A stretch of DNA of 63,371 nt from an uncultured Nitrospirales bacterium (GCA_964542245.1 CAZITU010000004.1:1-63371), one strand, 5' to 3'. Numbered from the stretch's first letter, positions 44,448 through 54,508 are shown. The notes: generated by a model from the letters alone, not told the origin. A program made the numbers and translations.

Positions 44448-45542
44448 CTACGGGTTCTTGTCGCCACCACTCTGAGACCGGCCCATCGTTCCCATCGTTT
44501 CGACGGGACGCTCACCCTTCTTACGACCCGGCACACCGATGATGTCAATCGGCTGCTCCGGCTTCTCGGGCGACTTACTCAGACTGCGGGTGCCGACCTT
44601 GGGTTTGGGGAGATCTATCTCCTTCCGCTCCTGGGCGAACCGCTGGTCGTCCTTGTTGGAAGTAGTAATGGCCACCGCCGCTTCGGCCCAGGCCGCAGAT
44701 TTGCTCCTGCCTTTCATGCTGTTTTGGACTTTCGACAGATAGACCGTGGCCTCGCTGACCTGGCCTGTTGGGGTCAGCTCCGCATCGAACGGCACCGTGC
44801 TGGCCAAGGCCTTGATGGTCTCCGCACCGAACGGCCCGGAAATCTTGAACTCCGCCGCGCCTCCGTCATCCCCGAACGAGTAGGTCTGTCCGCCCTTGAT
44901 AGTGGCTTCACGGACGAAAACGTTCGGCACGAGATGAACCACTTTGCCTTCGGCCGTATAGTAGTCCAGCTTCAGGTACGCGTCCTTTTCGGACTCCACG
45001 TATATGATCAGCCGGTCGCCCTCCGCGTACGGCTCGTCCTTCTTGTTCGTCCAGACCTTCAGGTTAAAGCTGGAGGGGGACTGGGCAACGACCGGAGATT
45101 GGGCCGTCTTCGCCACGTCCTTCGAAGCCAGTTGCTGGGCGATCAACTCGGCCACTTCACGGGAATTCGGCGTCGCGGTGATCCACACGCAAATCTGCTT
45201 CGCCTTCACTTCTTGCTTGGTGATCTTCAGATCGCCTAGCCCGACACGGCTGACCGCCGCCACGATGGTATCCTCCATCCCGCTACTGGCAATGCGTTCG
45301 GCATTGTCGGTGTAGGCCTTCATCTTCTGCAGGGCCGCTTCGCGGGCCAGGTTGAGCGCCTTCTTTTGGGCCGCCATGAGGGCCTCGTCGTCGGTTTGTT
45401 GGTAGCAGGCCGAGCCTTGCACAACGTCTGGATTGGCATCCGCGGTAGGCTTACCCTTCGTCTGAGCCAACGCCTGATCGGCCAGGGAACCTGCCAGTAT
45501 CATCATCGCCATCAGGATCCGTGTGAACCGTGCGTATTTCAT
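44448..45542 (-). CDS. Exported DUF4384-like domain protein
   Basis: Signal peptide. Y.EGDRL.IYVE.EKDAYL...GKVVHLVPN and GPFGAETIKALAS resemble DUF4384. Confidence 0.72.
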   Translation of the reverse strand: MKYARFTRILMAMMILAGSLADQALAQTKGKPTADANPDVVQGSACYQQTDDEALMAAQKKALNLAREAALQKMKAYTDNAERIASSGMEDTIVAAVSRVGLGDLKITKQEVKAKQICVWITATPNSREVAELIAQQLASKDVAKTAQSPVVAQSPSSFNLKVWTNKKDEPYAEGDRLIIYVESEKDAYLKLDYYTAEGKVVHLVPNVFVREATIKGGQTYSFGDDGGAAEFKISGPFGAETIKALASTVPFDAELTPTGQVSEATVYLSKVQNSMKGRSKSAAWAEAAVAITTSNKDDQRFAQERKEIDLPKPKVGTRSLSKSPEKPEQPIDIIGVPGRKKGERPVETMGTMGRSQSGGDKNP

Positions 45543-45586
45543 TGGGAACCTCCCCTTTCTCCCTCTCATTACTTTTGATTTTTTCC

Positions 45587-45639
45587 ATTGTCGCTTTAGG
45601 CCAGGGTTTTGTCAATTACGGCGTGCAAGGTCAGTACCA
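45587..45639 (-). promoter_or_regulatory. Tandem sigma54 and sigma70 promoters of the DUF4384-cyclase-bEBP operon
   Basis: TGGTAC-TGACC-TTGCA (GG-N10-GC, 45639-45624) followed by TTGACA-N17-GACAAT (45615-45587). Confidence 0.65.
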
Positions 45640-45899
45640 CTGCCGGCTCCGCGACGATGTCCGCATCCCATCAGGACGAGCGCTGGATAAGGTATGCCAA
45701 ATCAGTCGGTTGCAAGCTCTTCAGGCGCCGAGCGCTGGATCGTCGCCCCTCGGGCTCCTTCCCACCATGCATGGGAACCCATGCGGCCACGCCATTCGGA
45801 TTACCTGCCGGGCTCAGCGTAGTGAGCCGCCCGCATTGACCCGGAATGCAAATTACGCTAGGGTTCGCGCACGCTTTTCATTTCGCCACGAGGTGCCTC

Positions 45900-47498
45900 A
45901 TGACGTCATCCGTTGATCTCTGGAAACGGTTCAAGACCTACCTGAATGTAAACGAGTCCGTCGGCGTGACTGTGGACATCAGCCGCATAAACTTCCAGGA
46001 CTCGTTTTTTGCCGAGATGGAGGCGCCCATCAAAAAAGCCTTTGCCCAGATGACGGCGCTGGAAGCGGGGGCCATCGCCAACCCGGATGAGCATCGCATG
46101 GTAGGACACTACTGGCTCCGCGATTCCAGTCTTGCCCCCGATCCGACGATCCGCCAAGCCATTGACGAGACCATCGCCGCCGTGAAGAAATTCGCGGCGG
46201 ACGTGCACGCCGGGACGATCCTCACCGAGAAGGGCGCGCGGTTCAAAAATCTCATTGTCGTGGGCATCGGGGGCTCAGCGCTGGGGCCGCAGTTCGTCGC
46301 CCACGCCCTCACCTCACCGCGTGATGCCATGAAGGTCTGGTTCATCGACAACACCGACCCGGACGGCATGGACAAAGTGCTGGCCCAAATCGGCGGCGGT
46401 CATATCGGGGACGGCTTGAGTGAAACGCTCACGGTCGTGATCTCGAAGTCGGGCGGCACGAAGGAGACGCGCAACGGTCAACTCGAAATCAAAGCGGCAT
46501 ATACGCGCGCCGGGCTCACCTTCGTGCGCCACGCGGTCGCGGTGACCGGCGCGGCCAGCGAGCTTGACGCAACGGCCAGCGACTGGCTGGCCCGCTTTCC
46601 GATGTGGGACTGGGTCGGCGGTCGCACGTCGGAGTTCTCGGCCGTCGGTCTGCTGCCGGCGGCGCTCCAGGGCTTCGACATTGACGGGATGTTGAAGGGG
46701 GCTCGCGAAATGGACCGCGTCACGCGAGAGGGGGACCCGCGCCGTAACCCGGCCGCCCTCCTGGCGTTGATGTGGTACCACGCGGGAAAAGGCAGGGGCC
46801 AAAAGGACATGGTGGTCCTTCCGTACAAGGATCGCTTCGAGTTGTTCAGCCGCTATCTTCAGCAACTCGTGATGGAATCGCTCGGAAAGGAGAAGGACCT
46901 CAACGGTGCCGTCGTCCACCAGGGCATCGCCGTTTACGGCAACAAGGGTTCGACCGACCAACACGCTTACGTCCAGCAACTCCGCGAGGGCGTGAACAAT
47001 TTCTTCGTCGTGTTCATCGAAGTGCTTAAAGACCGGGCGGGTCGGTCCATTGAGGTCGAACCCGGCGTCACCAGCGGCGACTACCTCAATGGCTTTCTCC
47101 AGGGCACCCGGCGCGCATTGCACGAGAACGGCCGGGAGTCCCTGACGATCACTTTACAGGAGGGCGGGCCCGAGACAGTCGGAAAGCTGATCGCCCTCTT
47201 CGAGCGTGCCGTGGGGTTTTATGCCGCGCTGGTCAATATCAACGCCTACCACCAGCCCGGCGTGGAGGCCGGGAAAAAGGCGGCGGCGGCCGTGATCGCC
47301 CTTCAGCACAAAATCCAGCATTATCTTGCCACGCATAAGGGACAGACCTTCACGGCCGAGCATATCGCAGACGCGATCGGCGCTCTCACCGAGGTAGAAA
47401 CGGTTTTCAAGACCCTCCAGCATCTGGCCGCCAATGAGGACCACGCGGTGAAGCGGACCCCTGGGAAAACTATCTTTGACGCGACGTACGGGATGTAA
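45900..47498 (+). CDS. pgi: Glucose-6-phosphate isomerase
   Basis: [49 protein letters not shown]. Confidence 0.97.
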   Translation: MTSSVDLWKRFKTYLNVNESVGVTVDISRINFQDSFFAEMEAPIKKAFAQMTALEAGAIANPDEHRMVGHYWLRDSSLAPDPTIRQAIDETIAAVKKFAADVHAGTILTEKGARFKNLIVVGIGGSALGPQFVAHALTSPRDAMKVWFIDNTDPDGMDKVLAQIGGGHIGDGLSETLTVVISKSGGTKETRNGQLEIKAAYTRAGLTFVRHAVAVTGAASELDATASDWLARFPMWDWVGGRTSEFSAVGLLPAALQGFDIDGMLKGAREMDRVTREGDPRRNPAALLALMWYHAGKGRGQKDMVVLPYKDRFELFSRYLQQLVMESLGKEKDLNGAVVHQGIAVYGNKGSTDQHAYVQQLREGVNNFFVVFIEVLKDRAGRSIEVEPGVTSGDYLNGFLQGTRRALHENGRESLTITLQEGGPETVGKLIALFERAVGFYAALVNINAYHQPGVEAGKKAAAAVIALQHKIQHYLATHKGQTFTAEHIADAIGALTEVETVFKTLQHLAANEDHAVKRTPGKTIFDATYGM

Positions 47499-47521
47499 TG
47501 CGAACCGGCTGCCGATGCCCC

Positions 47522-48358
47522 TTAGGGATTGGCAGGAAAGATGGGAACGATCGGGGTCGAACCGTCGGTAGGTGGCGGACCGGCCTTACCAAGCGAAACC
47601 GAGAAGCCCGCAGCGTGAGTATGGCCGCCGCCGCCGTACTTCACGGCGATCTTCGCCACGTCGGCGCCGCCCTCTTCCGAACGCAAGCTGAAGTTGCGCC
47701 TCCCGTTGCGATCATGCCAGATCAAGCAGAACGGCCGACCGGGTGAGAGCTGCTCGCCGATCTGGCTGGTCAAAATCGCGCTCTGCACGCACGGCACCGT
47801 TTCTCGCTCGAATCGGACCCACACCGCTTGACGGATTATCTTCTGCACCAACGCGTGTTCGAACCGGAGGATGGCCTGCCCTTCCTGCTCGAGCGTGTCC
47901 TTTTTCAGGGAATCCCAGATGCTGAAATCATAGGGATAGGCATTCAACCCCGCGTTGATCTCGCGGCTGCCGGGGAGCTTCCACGCCCAGAGATCCTTGT
48001 CCTGCACGTATTGCAGGAGCCAGGGCGGCGGCGTGCCGTGAGCCCACTCCCAGGCAAGGACTGCGCCGCTTTTTTCGAGATCGAAATGGACATAAGGTAG
48101 CCCGCCGAGAGCCTCTTGGGCCGTGATATGGTGATCCAATACCTGGATAGCCGCCGCTTCCTTCGCCATTCCGTCCAAGATCGGTCGGGGATAACTGAAG
48201 TCCACGATCACCACCTTCCGTCCGGCGCAACTGACGGGCGGGGGATGTCCGTGGTCGGCAGGGATAAATTCAGCCGCCGGGAACCGCTTCCAGATGGCCC
48301 AGGCGGCGCCGAATCCGTCGGTACACTCGGCGTGGTAGAGGACCAGGTCGGGAACCAT
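47522..48358 (-). CDS. DHH/DHHA1 phosphoesterase
   Basis: CTDGFGAA, IVDFS, LDHH, GGGGHTHAAG. Confidence 0.85.
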   Translation of the reverse strand: MVPDLVLYHAECTDGFGAAWAIWKRFPAAEFIPADHGHPPPVSCAGRKVVIVDFSYPRPILDGMAKEAAAIQVLDHHITAQEALGGLPYVHFDLEKSGAVLAWEWAHGTPPPWLLQYVQDKDLWAWKLPGSREINAGLNAYPYDFSIWDSLKKDTLEQEGQAILRFEHALVQKIIRQAVWVRFERETVPCVQSAILTSQIGEQLSPGRPFCLIWHDRNGRRNFSLRSEEGGADVAKIAVKYGGGGHTHAAGFSVSLGKAGPPPTDGSTPIVPIFPANP

Positions 48359-48452
48359 GGTACCGTAGCATACCATGTCGGTATCGGAGAGAGAAAGCGA
48401 CGGGAATTTACAGCGCCTCCGATGGTATGATACAAGGGTGACGGTGGATATC

Positions 48453-48833
48453 ATGACGCGAGCGAGTGCGCTGCTCGTTGCCCTGGTCTTCGGTATGTGC
48501 GCGACCGGAGCCGCGCAGGCCCGACCGCACAAGCCGCTTCCGCCGGAACCACCGCAGGAGCTGGCGATGGAGGAGATTTACGACAACGAGGCGGCGCTGA
48601 TCATTTTCACTTACTCACTCAAACGAGACGGCGTGGTGGACTACGTCACCGGACGGAAAGTGGTCACCTGGCGCGTCAATGACTACGGCCACGGAGTGTA
48701 CGATATCGAACGTTTCCCCGTATTTTATTGGTACGACCACACACTTTGGCGGGACATGGACGCCGACGGCGTCAACGGGAACGAAACCGTTCACATGGAG
48801 AATGTCAGTTTCGACCGGCTTCGGTATAAGTAG
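48453..48833 (+). CDS. Exported hypothetical protein
   Basis: Signal peptide ending AQA, aromatic-rich domain, DMDADG motif. Confidence 0.7.
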   Translation: MTRASALLVALVFGMCATGAAQARPHKPLPPEPPQELAMEEIYDNEAALIIFTYSLKRDGVVDYVTGRKVVTWRVNDYGHGVYDIERFPVFYWYDHTLWRDMDADGVNGNETVHMENVSFDRLRYK

Positions 48834-48844
48834 GCCCGAAGACG

Positions 48845-49051
48845 GTGGCCCAGCGCGACCGGGACTGGCCCGGCTTCACCCAATGGTTTTTCTGCCCTGA
48901 GTGTAACGGTTTGTGGACCCCTTGCGAGAGCGGCGTCGCCGCCATCAAACGGTCGCAGCTTCTCATGCCCCCCATCGCCTCGCCGGCCGCCCCTCCGCAA
49001 CGATGCCCTGTCTGCACCGGAACGCTGAACGGCAGCACGCACGAGTTGTAG
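48845..49051 (+). CDS. Small putative zinc-binding protein
   Basis: CPEC and CPVC pairs in a 68-aa ORF directly after the previous gene. Confidence 0.5.
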   Translation: MAQRDRDWPGFTQWFFCPECNGLWTPCESGVAAIKRSQLLMPPIASPAAPPQRCPVCTGTLNGSTHEL

Positions 49052-49128
49052 CGCCACGGCATGCCGCGGCGCTACTGCGTTAGGGGAAGCCGGAGCGGAG
49101 GAACGCTCCGGTGTGGTACACTGCATTC

Positions 49129-50307
49129 ATGAAAATCCAGACGGCGTTGTCACGAGCGGAGCAGACCTCGAAGGCTGTGGAATCCGTGTGCCGCGAGGTC
49201 TCCGCCGGACTGGCCGGCTCCTCGGTGGACCTGGCCTTCGTCTTCTTTTCTGCCAACCATACTGAATCCGCCGAATTTCTGGTGTCAATGGTGCACGAAC
49301 AGTTGCACCCGAAGGTTCTCCTCGGCTGCTCGGCCGAGAGCGTGATTGGAGGAGAGCAGGAAGTCGAGGGTCAGCCGGCCCTATGTCTCTGGGCTGCACA
49401 CCTTCCGGGAACCACGTTGACACCGTTCCACCTTGAATTCCGGCAGGACGGAGACGGCTTTGCGGTCACCGGCTGGCCCAAGACGATGCCCAGGCTGGAG
49501 ACCAACCCGTCGTTTCTCATCATCGGGGATCCCTTCACCACCCCAACCGACGCCCTGCTGGAAGAACTGAGTGCCCGGTGCCCGGGCGCTCCTGCGATCG
49601 GGGGCATGGCCAGTGGGGGCCACGAGCCCGGCTCGAATCGGCTGGTGTTCAACGACAAGTCGGTTGATGATGGCGTCGTCGGCGTCGGGGTCGCCGGCGC
49701 CGTCCGAATCCGAACGGTGGTCTCGCAGGGTTGCCGGCCGATCGGCGACCGTTTCATGATCACGCATGCCGAGCAGAACATCATCCATGAACTCAGCGGC
49801 AAGCCGGCCCTGGATCGCCTGCGGGAGGTCTTCGGACTCCTCTCTCCCGCCGAGCAGCAGCAGGCCGAACGAGCGCTTCACCTGGGCCTCGTCATCGACG
49901 AGCACAAGGATCAATTCGAACGGGGCGACTTCCTGATCCGAAACCTCGTGGGCGCCGACCAACGGACCGGGAGTGTTGCGGTGACTGATCTCGTGAAGGG
50001 GGGACAGACCGTCCAGTTCCAGCTCCGCGATTCTGCCTCGGCCAGTGAAGACCTGCACGCCCTGATGACCGCCGAGCGCGCCGTGCAGAGCGCGCGTCCC
50101 CCCGTCGGAGCATTGATTTTTAGCTGCAACGGGCGAGGCCAGCGGTTCTTCCGTACCCCTCATCACGACGTCACGGTCGTCCGCGCGCGGATGGGCGCCA
50201 TCCCGGTGGGAGGCTTCTTCGCCATGGGCGAAATCGGTCCGGTCGGCGGGGACAACTTCCTCCACAGTTACACTGCAAGCGTCGCTCTCTTCTGCCAAGA
50301 CGACTGA
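49129..50307 (+). CDS. FIST domain sensor protein
   Basis: GGMASGG, VSQGCRPIG, FSCNGRG, GFFAMGEIGP, FLHSYTAS. Confidence 0.9.
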   Translation: MKIQTALSRAEQTSKAVESVCREVSAGLAGSSVDLAFVFFSANHTESAEFLVSMVHEQLHPKVLLGCSAESVIGGEQEVEGQPALCLWAAHLPGTTLTPFHLEFRQDGDGFAVTGWPKTMPRLETNPSFLIIGDPFTTPTDALLEELSARCPGAPAIGGMASGGHEPGSNRLVFNDKSVDDGVVGVGVAGAVRIRTVVSQGCRPIGDRFMITHAEQNIIHELSGKPALDRLREVFGLLSPAEQQQAERALHLGLVIDEHKDQFERGDFLIRNLVGADQRTGSVAVTDLVKGGQTVQFQLRDSASASEDLHALMTAERAVQSARPPVGALIFSCNGRGQRFFRTPHHDVTVVRARMGAIPVGGFFAMGEIGPVGGDNFLHSYTASVALFCQDD

Positions 50308-50489
50308 GACCCAGTCCACTTGACCAGCACGGAAGTCCCGCCGTAGCATGGGATGTAATGGATACTGATCCTATTTGATCGAAAGGGGCGGTACAAGCAA
50401 GCATAAACGGAGCTTACTTGTGGTTTGAGTATCCGGACGCATCCGATCGAAGCAGCCGGCACGAGCAAGCTCGGTTGGGAGGGCACGCC

Positions 50490-50918
50490 ATGAAACTCCG
50501 TTGGATTTCATATTGCGGTATCCTCGCCGTCGCCGTAGCCGGTTTGTGGGCCGGAACGGTGTCGGCCTCGCACGTCCGGCAACTCAGCGCGCAGGAAGTC
50601 AAGAACGCGATCGACAAGGCGCCGAGCCTGCGCGAGAAGGGATTCATCCTGGTGGATGTGCGGTCCGTCGAAGAACACGACACGGGCGCCATTCCCGGCA
50701 CTGACCTGAACATTGATTTTAGGGAGATGGCTCAGCGTCATCGCGAGATCGGCGCCGGACTCGACGATCACATCGTCGTGTACTGCCAGTCCGGGAAGCG
50801 GAGCAATATCGCCGCCGACACCTTGACCGAACTCGGTTACAAGAACGTCTATAACATACGCGGCAGCATGAATGCCTGGCTGCAGGCCGGATTCCCGCTG
50901 GCCGGCGGGCGCCGTTGA
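50490..50918 (+). CDS. Exported rhodanese-domain protein
   Basis: LVDVRSVEE, VVYCQSGKRS, GSMNAW, signal peptide. Confidence 0.9.
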   Translation: MKLRWISYCGILAVAVAGLWAGTVSASHVRQLSAQEVKNAIDKAPSLREKGFILVDVRSVEEHDTGAIPGTDLNIDFREMAQRHREIGAGLDDHIVVYCQSGKRSNIAADTLTELGYKNVYNIRGSMNAWLQAGFPLAGGRR

Positions 50919-52093
50919 TTTTCCTGCCCCTGCTCCTCCTGGCGCTTCTCTGGGCCCCCGGCGCGGCGGAGGCTCAGACCGCAACACCTCCACAGGCTCC
51001 GCAGGAAGAGCCCCGCATCCGCGTGCGAGCCCTCGGCGTCGCTCTCGGCGACTTCCCGACCGGCAAGCTCAACGCCATCACTGACGTGGCCGGCGTTCGG
51101 GTCGGCCACGTCACCCTGATCCAGGGTGAGGGCAAACTGGTCCCCGGCCGAGGCCCGGTCCGCACCGGAGTGACCGTCGTCATCCCTCGCGACGACGTCT
51201 GGCACAAGAAGGTTCCGGCAGGAGCCTTCGTGCTGAACGGCACCGGCGAGATGACGGGCCTCGCCTGGATCGAGGAGTCCGGGTTCCTCGAATATCCCAT
51301 CGCTTTGACCAACACCCTCAACCTCCCGCGGGTGGCGAACGGCGTCATGACCTGGCTGATCGCCCGCAACCCCGAGATCGGCATCCGGGACGACACGCTC
51401 ACACCGGTGGCTGCCGAATGCGACGACAGCCGACTCAACGACATCCAAGGCCGGCACGTCTCGGAGGCCGACGTCGTGAAGGCCTTAGACACAGCGAGCG
51501 GCGGCCCCGTACCCGAAGGGACGGTAGGAGCCGGCACGGGGATGATCGCGTACGGCTTTAAAGGCGGAATCGGAACGTCCTCCAGGGTCATCCCATCGGC
51601 GGAGGGCTATACCGTAGGGGTGCTGGTCAACGCCAACTCCGGGCGACGCGGCGAGTTGACGATGGGGGGCGTGCCGGTCGGCAAACTCTACGGCGACTCG
51701 GACGCAGCCGCGCAGGGGGCCGAAGGCTCCATCATCATCGTCATCGCGACCAATGCGCCGCTCGACGCTCGTCAACTGAAGCGCCTCGCCAAGCGGGCGG
51801 CTCTCGGTCTGGCCCGAACCGGTTCGACGGTGCGGCATGGAAGCGGCGACTTCATCCTGGCCTTCTCGACCGGCAACGTCATCCCGCACTATCCCAAAGA
51901 GCGGACTTACCCGATCACCGCCTTTGCGGATACCCACCTGAACACGCTTTTTGCGGCAACCGTCGAGGCCACCCAAGAAGCCATTCTAAACGCGCTCACG
52001 ATGGCGACGACGGTCGTCGGCCGCGACGGCAACAGGGCCGAGGCCATCAACCTGCGTCGCGTCCGGGAAATCCTGAAAAGCTACGGCCGATAG
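50915..52093 (+). CDS. P1/S58 (DmpA-like) aminopeptidase
   Basis: NAITDVAGVRVGH, VRTGVT, GAGTGM, FKGGIGTSSR, GSIII self-cleavage site. Confidence 0.9.
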   Translation: MIFLPLLLLALLWAPGAAEAQTATPPQAPQEEPRIRVRALGVALGDFPTGKLNAITDVAGVRVGHVTLIQGEGKLVPGRGPVRTGVTVVIPRDDVWHKKVPAGAFVLNGTGEMTGLAWIEESGFLEYPIALTNTLNLPRVANGVMTWLIARNPEIGIRDDTLTPVAAECDDSRLNDIQGRHVSEADVVKALDTASGGPVPEGTVGAGTGMIAYGFKGGIGTSSRVIPSAEGYTVGVLVNANSGRRGELTMGGVPVGKLYGDSDAAAQGAEGSIIIVIATNAPLDARQLKRLAKRAALGLARTGSTVRHGSGDFILAFSTGNVIPHYPKERTYPITAFADTHLNTLFAATVEATQEAILNALTMATTVVGRDGNRAEAINLRRVREILKSYGR

Positions 52094-52101
52094 GAAGGAT
52101 T

Positions 52102-52737
52102 TTACGGAGTGATGACGGCCAAGAGGTCGCGCAGCGTGGCGCTTCCCGTTTCCGGCACCCGGCCTTCCGACACGATCGGGTCGTCAAACGGCACGAACCG
52201 CGCGAGCTTCACGAACGACCGGCGGTCGAGCAGCGCCATCAACTCGTTCTTGCGCTCCCATGTGAGCTCCATGGTATAACCCTCACCGCGCCTCCATTCC
52301 CAGGGGGATCCACCGAGGCACAGACAAATCCCCTTCTCAGCGACCTTCTCGTAGCGATTCATGAGGTTGTGCTTGTAGCGGGTTAAGTGGCCGCCTTCCA
52401 GGATCAGAGCGAACACGTAATGGTGGCCCCACCAGAAGAGCGACCGAAAGGTGAATTTCACCTCGCCGTCGAAATGCTTGGGAAAGTCGAGGTACTGATA
52501 CGGGAAGTCTTCCAGGTGCTCCCCCTTCACGAACTGATGCAGCGCGTGATCGAATCCCTCCGGGGCCAGGAGATCCGCCCCGGCGAGGTCGTCCTTCAAC
52601 CCGGCATACGTTGCTTCCAACTGCGCCTTCACCTTCTTCATGATCCGCGCCTTCGCGCGAAAGAATTGCTCGTCGCCGAGCAGGCGCAGCTCGTCCGGCG
52701 TGAAGAGAACAGACGCGACGGGCTTTTCCCGATCCAT
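52102..52737 (-). CDS. Conserved hypothetical protein
   Basis: KGEHLEDFPYQYLDFPK...FRSLFWWGH, typical of a conserved uncharacterised family. Confidence 0.7.
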   Translation of the reverse strand: MDREKPVASVLFTPDELRLLGDEQFFRAKARIMKKVKAQLEATYAGLKDDLAGADLLAPEGFDHALHQFVKGEHLEDFPYQYLDFPKHFDGEVKFTFRSLFWWGHHYVFALILEGGHLTRYKHNLMNRYEKVAEKGICLCLGGSPWEWRRGEGYTMELTWERKNELMALLDRRSFVKLARFVPFDDPIVSEGRVPETGSATLRDLLAVITP

Positions 52738-52750
52738 GTGATGAGAGAAA

Positions 52751-53365
52751 TTAGTCGCCGTTGCCGTTGCGGGGAATCGGCTTTTGGTCGCGGATGATCA
52801 CATCTTTGCGCTGATAGATGGCTTTGCCTCTCAACTTCATAGCCACATCCTTCACGCCGAAAGTATGTGTTCTCCCGCCTCCCTTCTTGCCAGCACGACT
52901 CTTCTCGTATTTCCAGTCTGATTTCTGCAGGAAGACCACATCTACGCGCCAGATGATGACCGGCTTGCCGCGTTCGAGTGATTCCGTTGAATCGACCAGA
53001 TACCGCCAGATGATGTACCAGCCGGGATGATCGTAGTGTGACTGAATCGCCCAGGGACGCTTGCTTCCCTTGCTTTCGAGTGATTCTTTGGGAGACGGCT
53101 TCTGGCCGGAGCCGCGTCTGCGAAGATCAGGGAACCGCTGCTGTGCTGTATCTATGTTGCGGTGTTTCTCATAATTGCTGACCGAATCGAGAGCTTTCGT
53201 GCCGAAGATGCCGACGATGGCGCTGAAGACATTCGCCTGCTCATAGTAGATTTCGACCAGTTCAGCCAGTTCTTGTTCGATGTAGTCAATTGCACGGCGG
53301 ATTGCAGTTACGTCGAGACCGAGCGGAAGGGATACTGAAGGATTGAAATCATCCTTTCGTGCCAT
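52751..53365 (-). CDS. Putative restriction endonuclease
   Basis: Overlaps the MTase 3' end. FPDL...SLESKG fits PD-(D/E)xK. Lower-GC codon usage. Confidence 0.6.
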   Translation of the reverse strand: MARKDDFNPSVSLPLGLDVTAIRRAIDYIEQELAELVEIYYEQANVFSAIVGIFGTKALDSVSNYEKHRNIDTAQQRFPDLRRRGSGQKPSPKESLESKGSKRPWAIQSHYDHPGWYIIWRYLVDSTESLERGKPVIIWRVDVVFLQKSDWKYEKSRAGKKGGGRTHTFGVKDVAMKLRGKAIYQRKDVIIRDQKPIPRNGNGD

Positions 53366-54410
53366 TCCCATTGCCCTCTGTCGGTGCGAACTTGGCAAGC
53401 GCAGGAATGGCCTTAGCTGCAAGCTGATAGTACTCGGCGTTGGTTTCCAAGCCGATGCTTTGCAAACCACAAGCGGAAGCGGCAGCGACGGTCGAGCCGG
53501 AGCCCATGAACGGATCGAGAATGACACCGCGTTCGAACGGCAGGGCCGCGCGGACGATCTGACGAAGAAAGTGCTGGGGCTTGAGTGAAGGATGTGGTGC
53601 AACCTCGCGCTCGAAACCTCGCGCTGGCGATGAGTAAATCAGATCTTTGAAAGGCTCGTCCGGAGAGATTCGCCGGAGACCTCCCGTTTTCCATTTCCGC
53701 AAGTTGTCCTGCACACGCCCCTCGCACGGCTTGCGGAAGAGACCCCATGGTTCCCAGCACGACTTCGGCATGACTGAAATTTCAGGAAAATCTTCATGGG
53801 CGTTCTTGGGGCGGTCGCCTCCTCGTAGCGTGTAAACAACGCGGATGATTTCGCCTCGTTTTTCAAAACCGGCGGTGATGAATGGTTCATAGACAAGATG
53901 TGAGACCAGTGGATTGGTCGCGATAAACACGTGCGCTCCTGGCACAAGAACAGGCATGAGGCGTTCAGCAAGCCGCTTAAAAAACTCTCTCAATCTGGCC
54001 CGATCTTTGTCGTCCAGCACAGTGAAGCGGGGCAGCGGTCTGCGTTGGCAGCCGTCAAAAGACGGTGGGATACGCCAAACGCCTCCTCGCCCATTTCGCA
54101 TTTTCTCCAACTCACGCGGACTGTACTCTATCAGTCCGTAAGGCGGGTCAGTTACGACTGCGTGGATGGACTTGGGCTTGGCATGTTTAAGCCACTTGAA
54201 TGCGTCAACGTGGAAAACTTTGTAAGGCGCTGGCTTTGCGGTAGCTAGAGATGAAGGCTGCGAGGTAGTATATTTTCTGCTTACATTCTTCGCAGTTCTT
54301 TGAAGTACTCGCATGTCCCAGAAGGTCAGTGTGATGCTATCGGCTTGAAGACGAGGATTGCGTCGCATACTAACACTTCTCCCTTGGTGGTTCAATACAA
54401 CATAAGACAC
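53349..54410 (-). CDS. N4-C/N6-A DNA methyltransferase, beta class (start uncertain, possibly 54314)
   Basis: VTDPPY precedes HPSLKP and LDPFMGSGST. Confidence 0.92.
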   Translation of the reverse strand: MSYVVLNHQGRSVSMRRNPRLQADSITLTFWDMRVLQRTAKNVSRKYTTSQPSSLATAKPAPYKVFHVDAFKWLKHAKPKSIHAVVTDPPYGLIEYSPRELEKMRNGRGGVWRIPPSFDGCQRRPLPRFTVLDDKDRARLREFFKRLAERLMPVLVPGAHVFIATNPLVSHLVYEPFITAGFEKRGEIIRVVYTLRGGDRPKNAHEDFPEISVMPKSCWEPWGLFRKPCEGRVQDNLRKWKTGGLRRISPDEPFKDLIYSSPARGFEREVAPHPSLKPQHFLRQIVRAALPFERGVILDPFMGSGSTVAAASACGLQSIGLETNAEYYQLAAKAIPALAKFAPTEGNGNGTKG

Positions 54411-54452
54411 GGACTTGTGGGAAAAAGTTAAATCGTAGGCATGCCGCTGCTC

Positions 54453-54481
54453 TTGACGCCTTCAGCACGGCCCCCTATGAT
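54453..54481 (+). promoter_or_regulatory. sigma70 promoter of thyX
   Basis: TTGACG-N17-TATGAT. Confidence 0.65.
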
Positions 54482-54508
54482 GCACGGCATGCACAAGATG
54501 CTGCCGTC

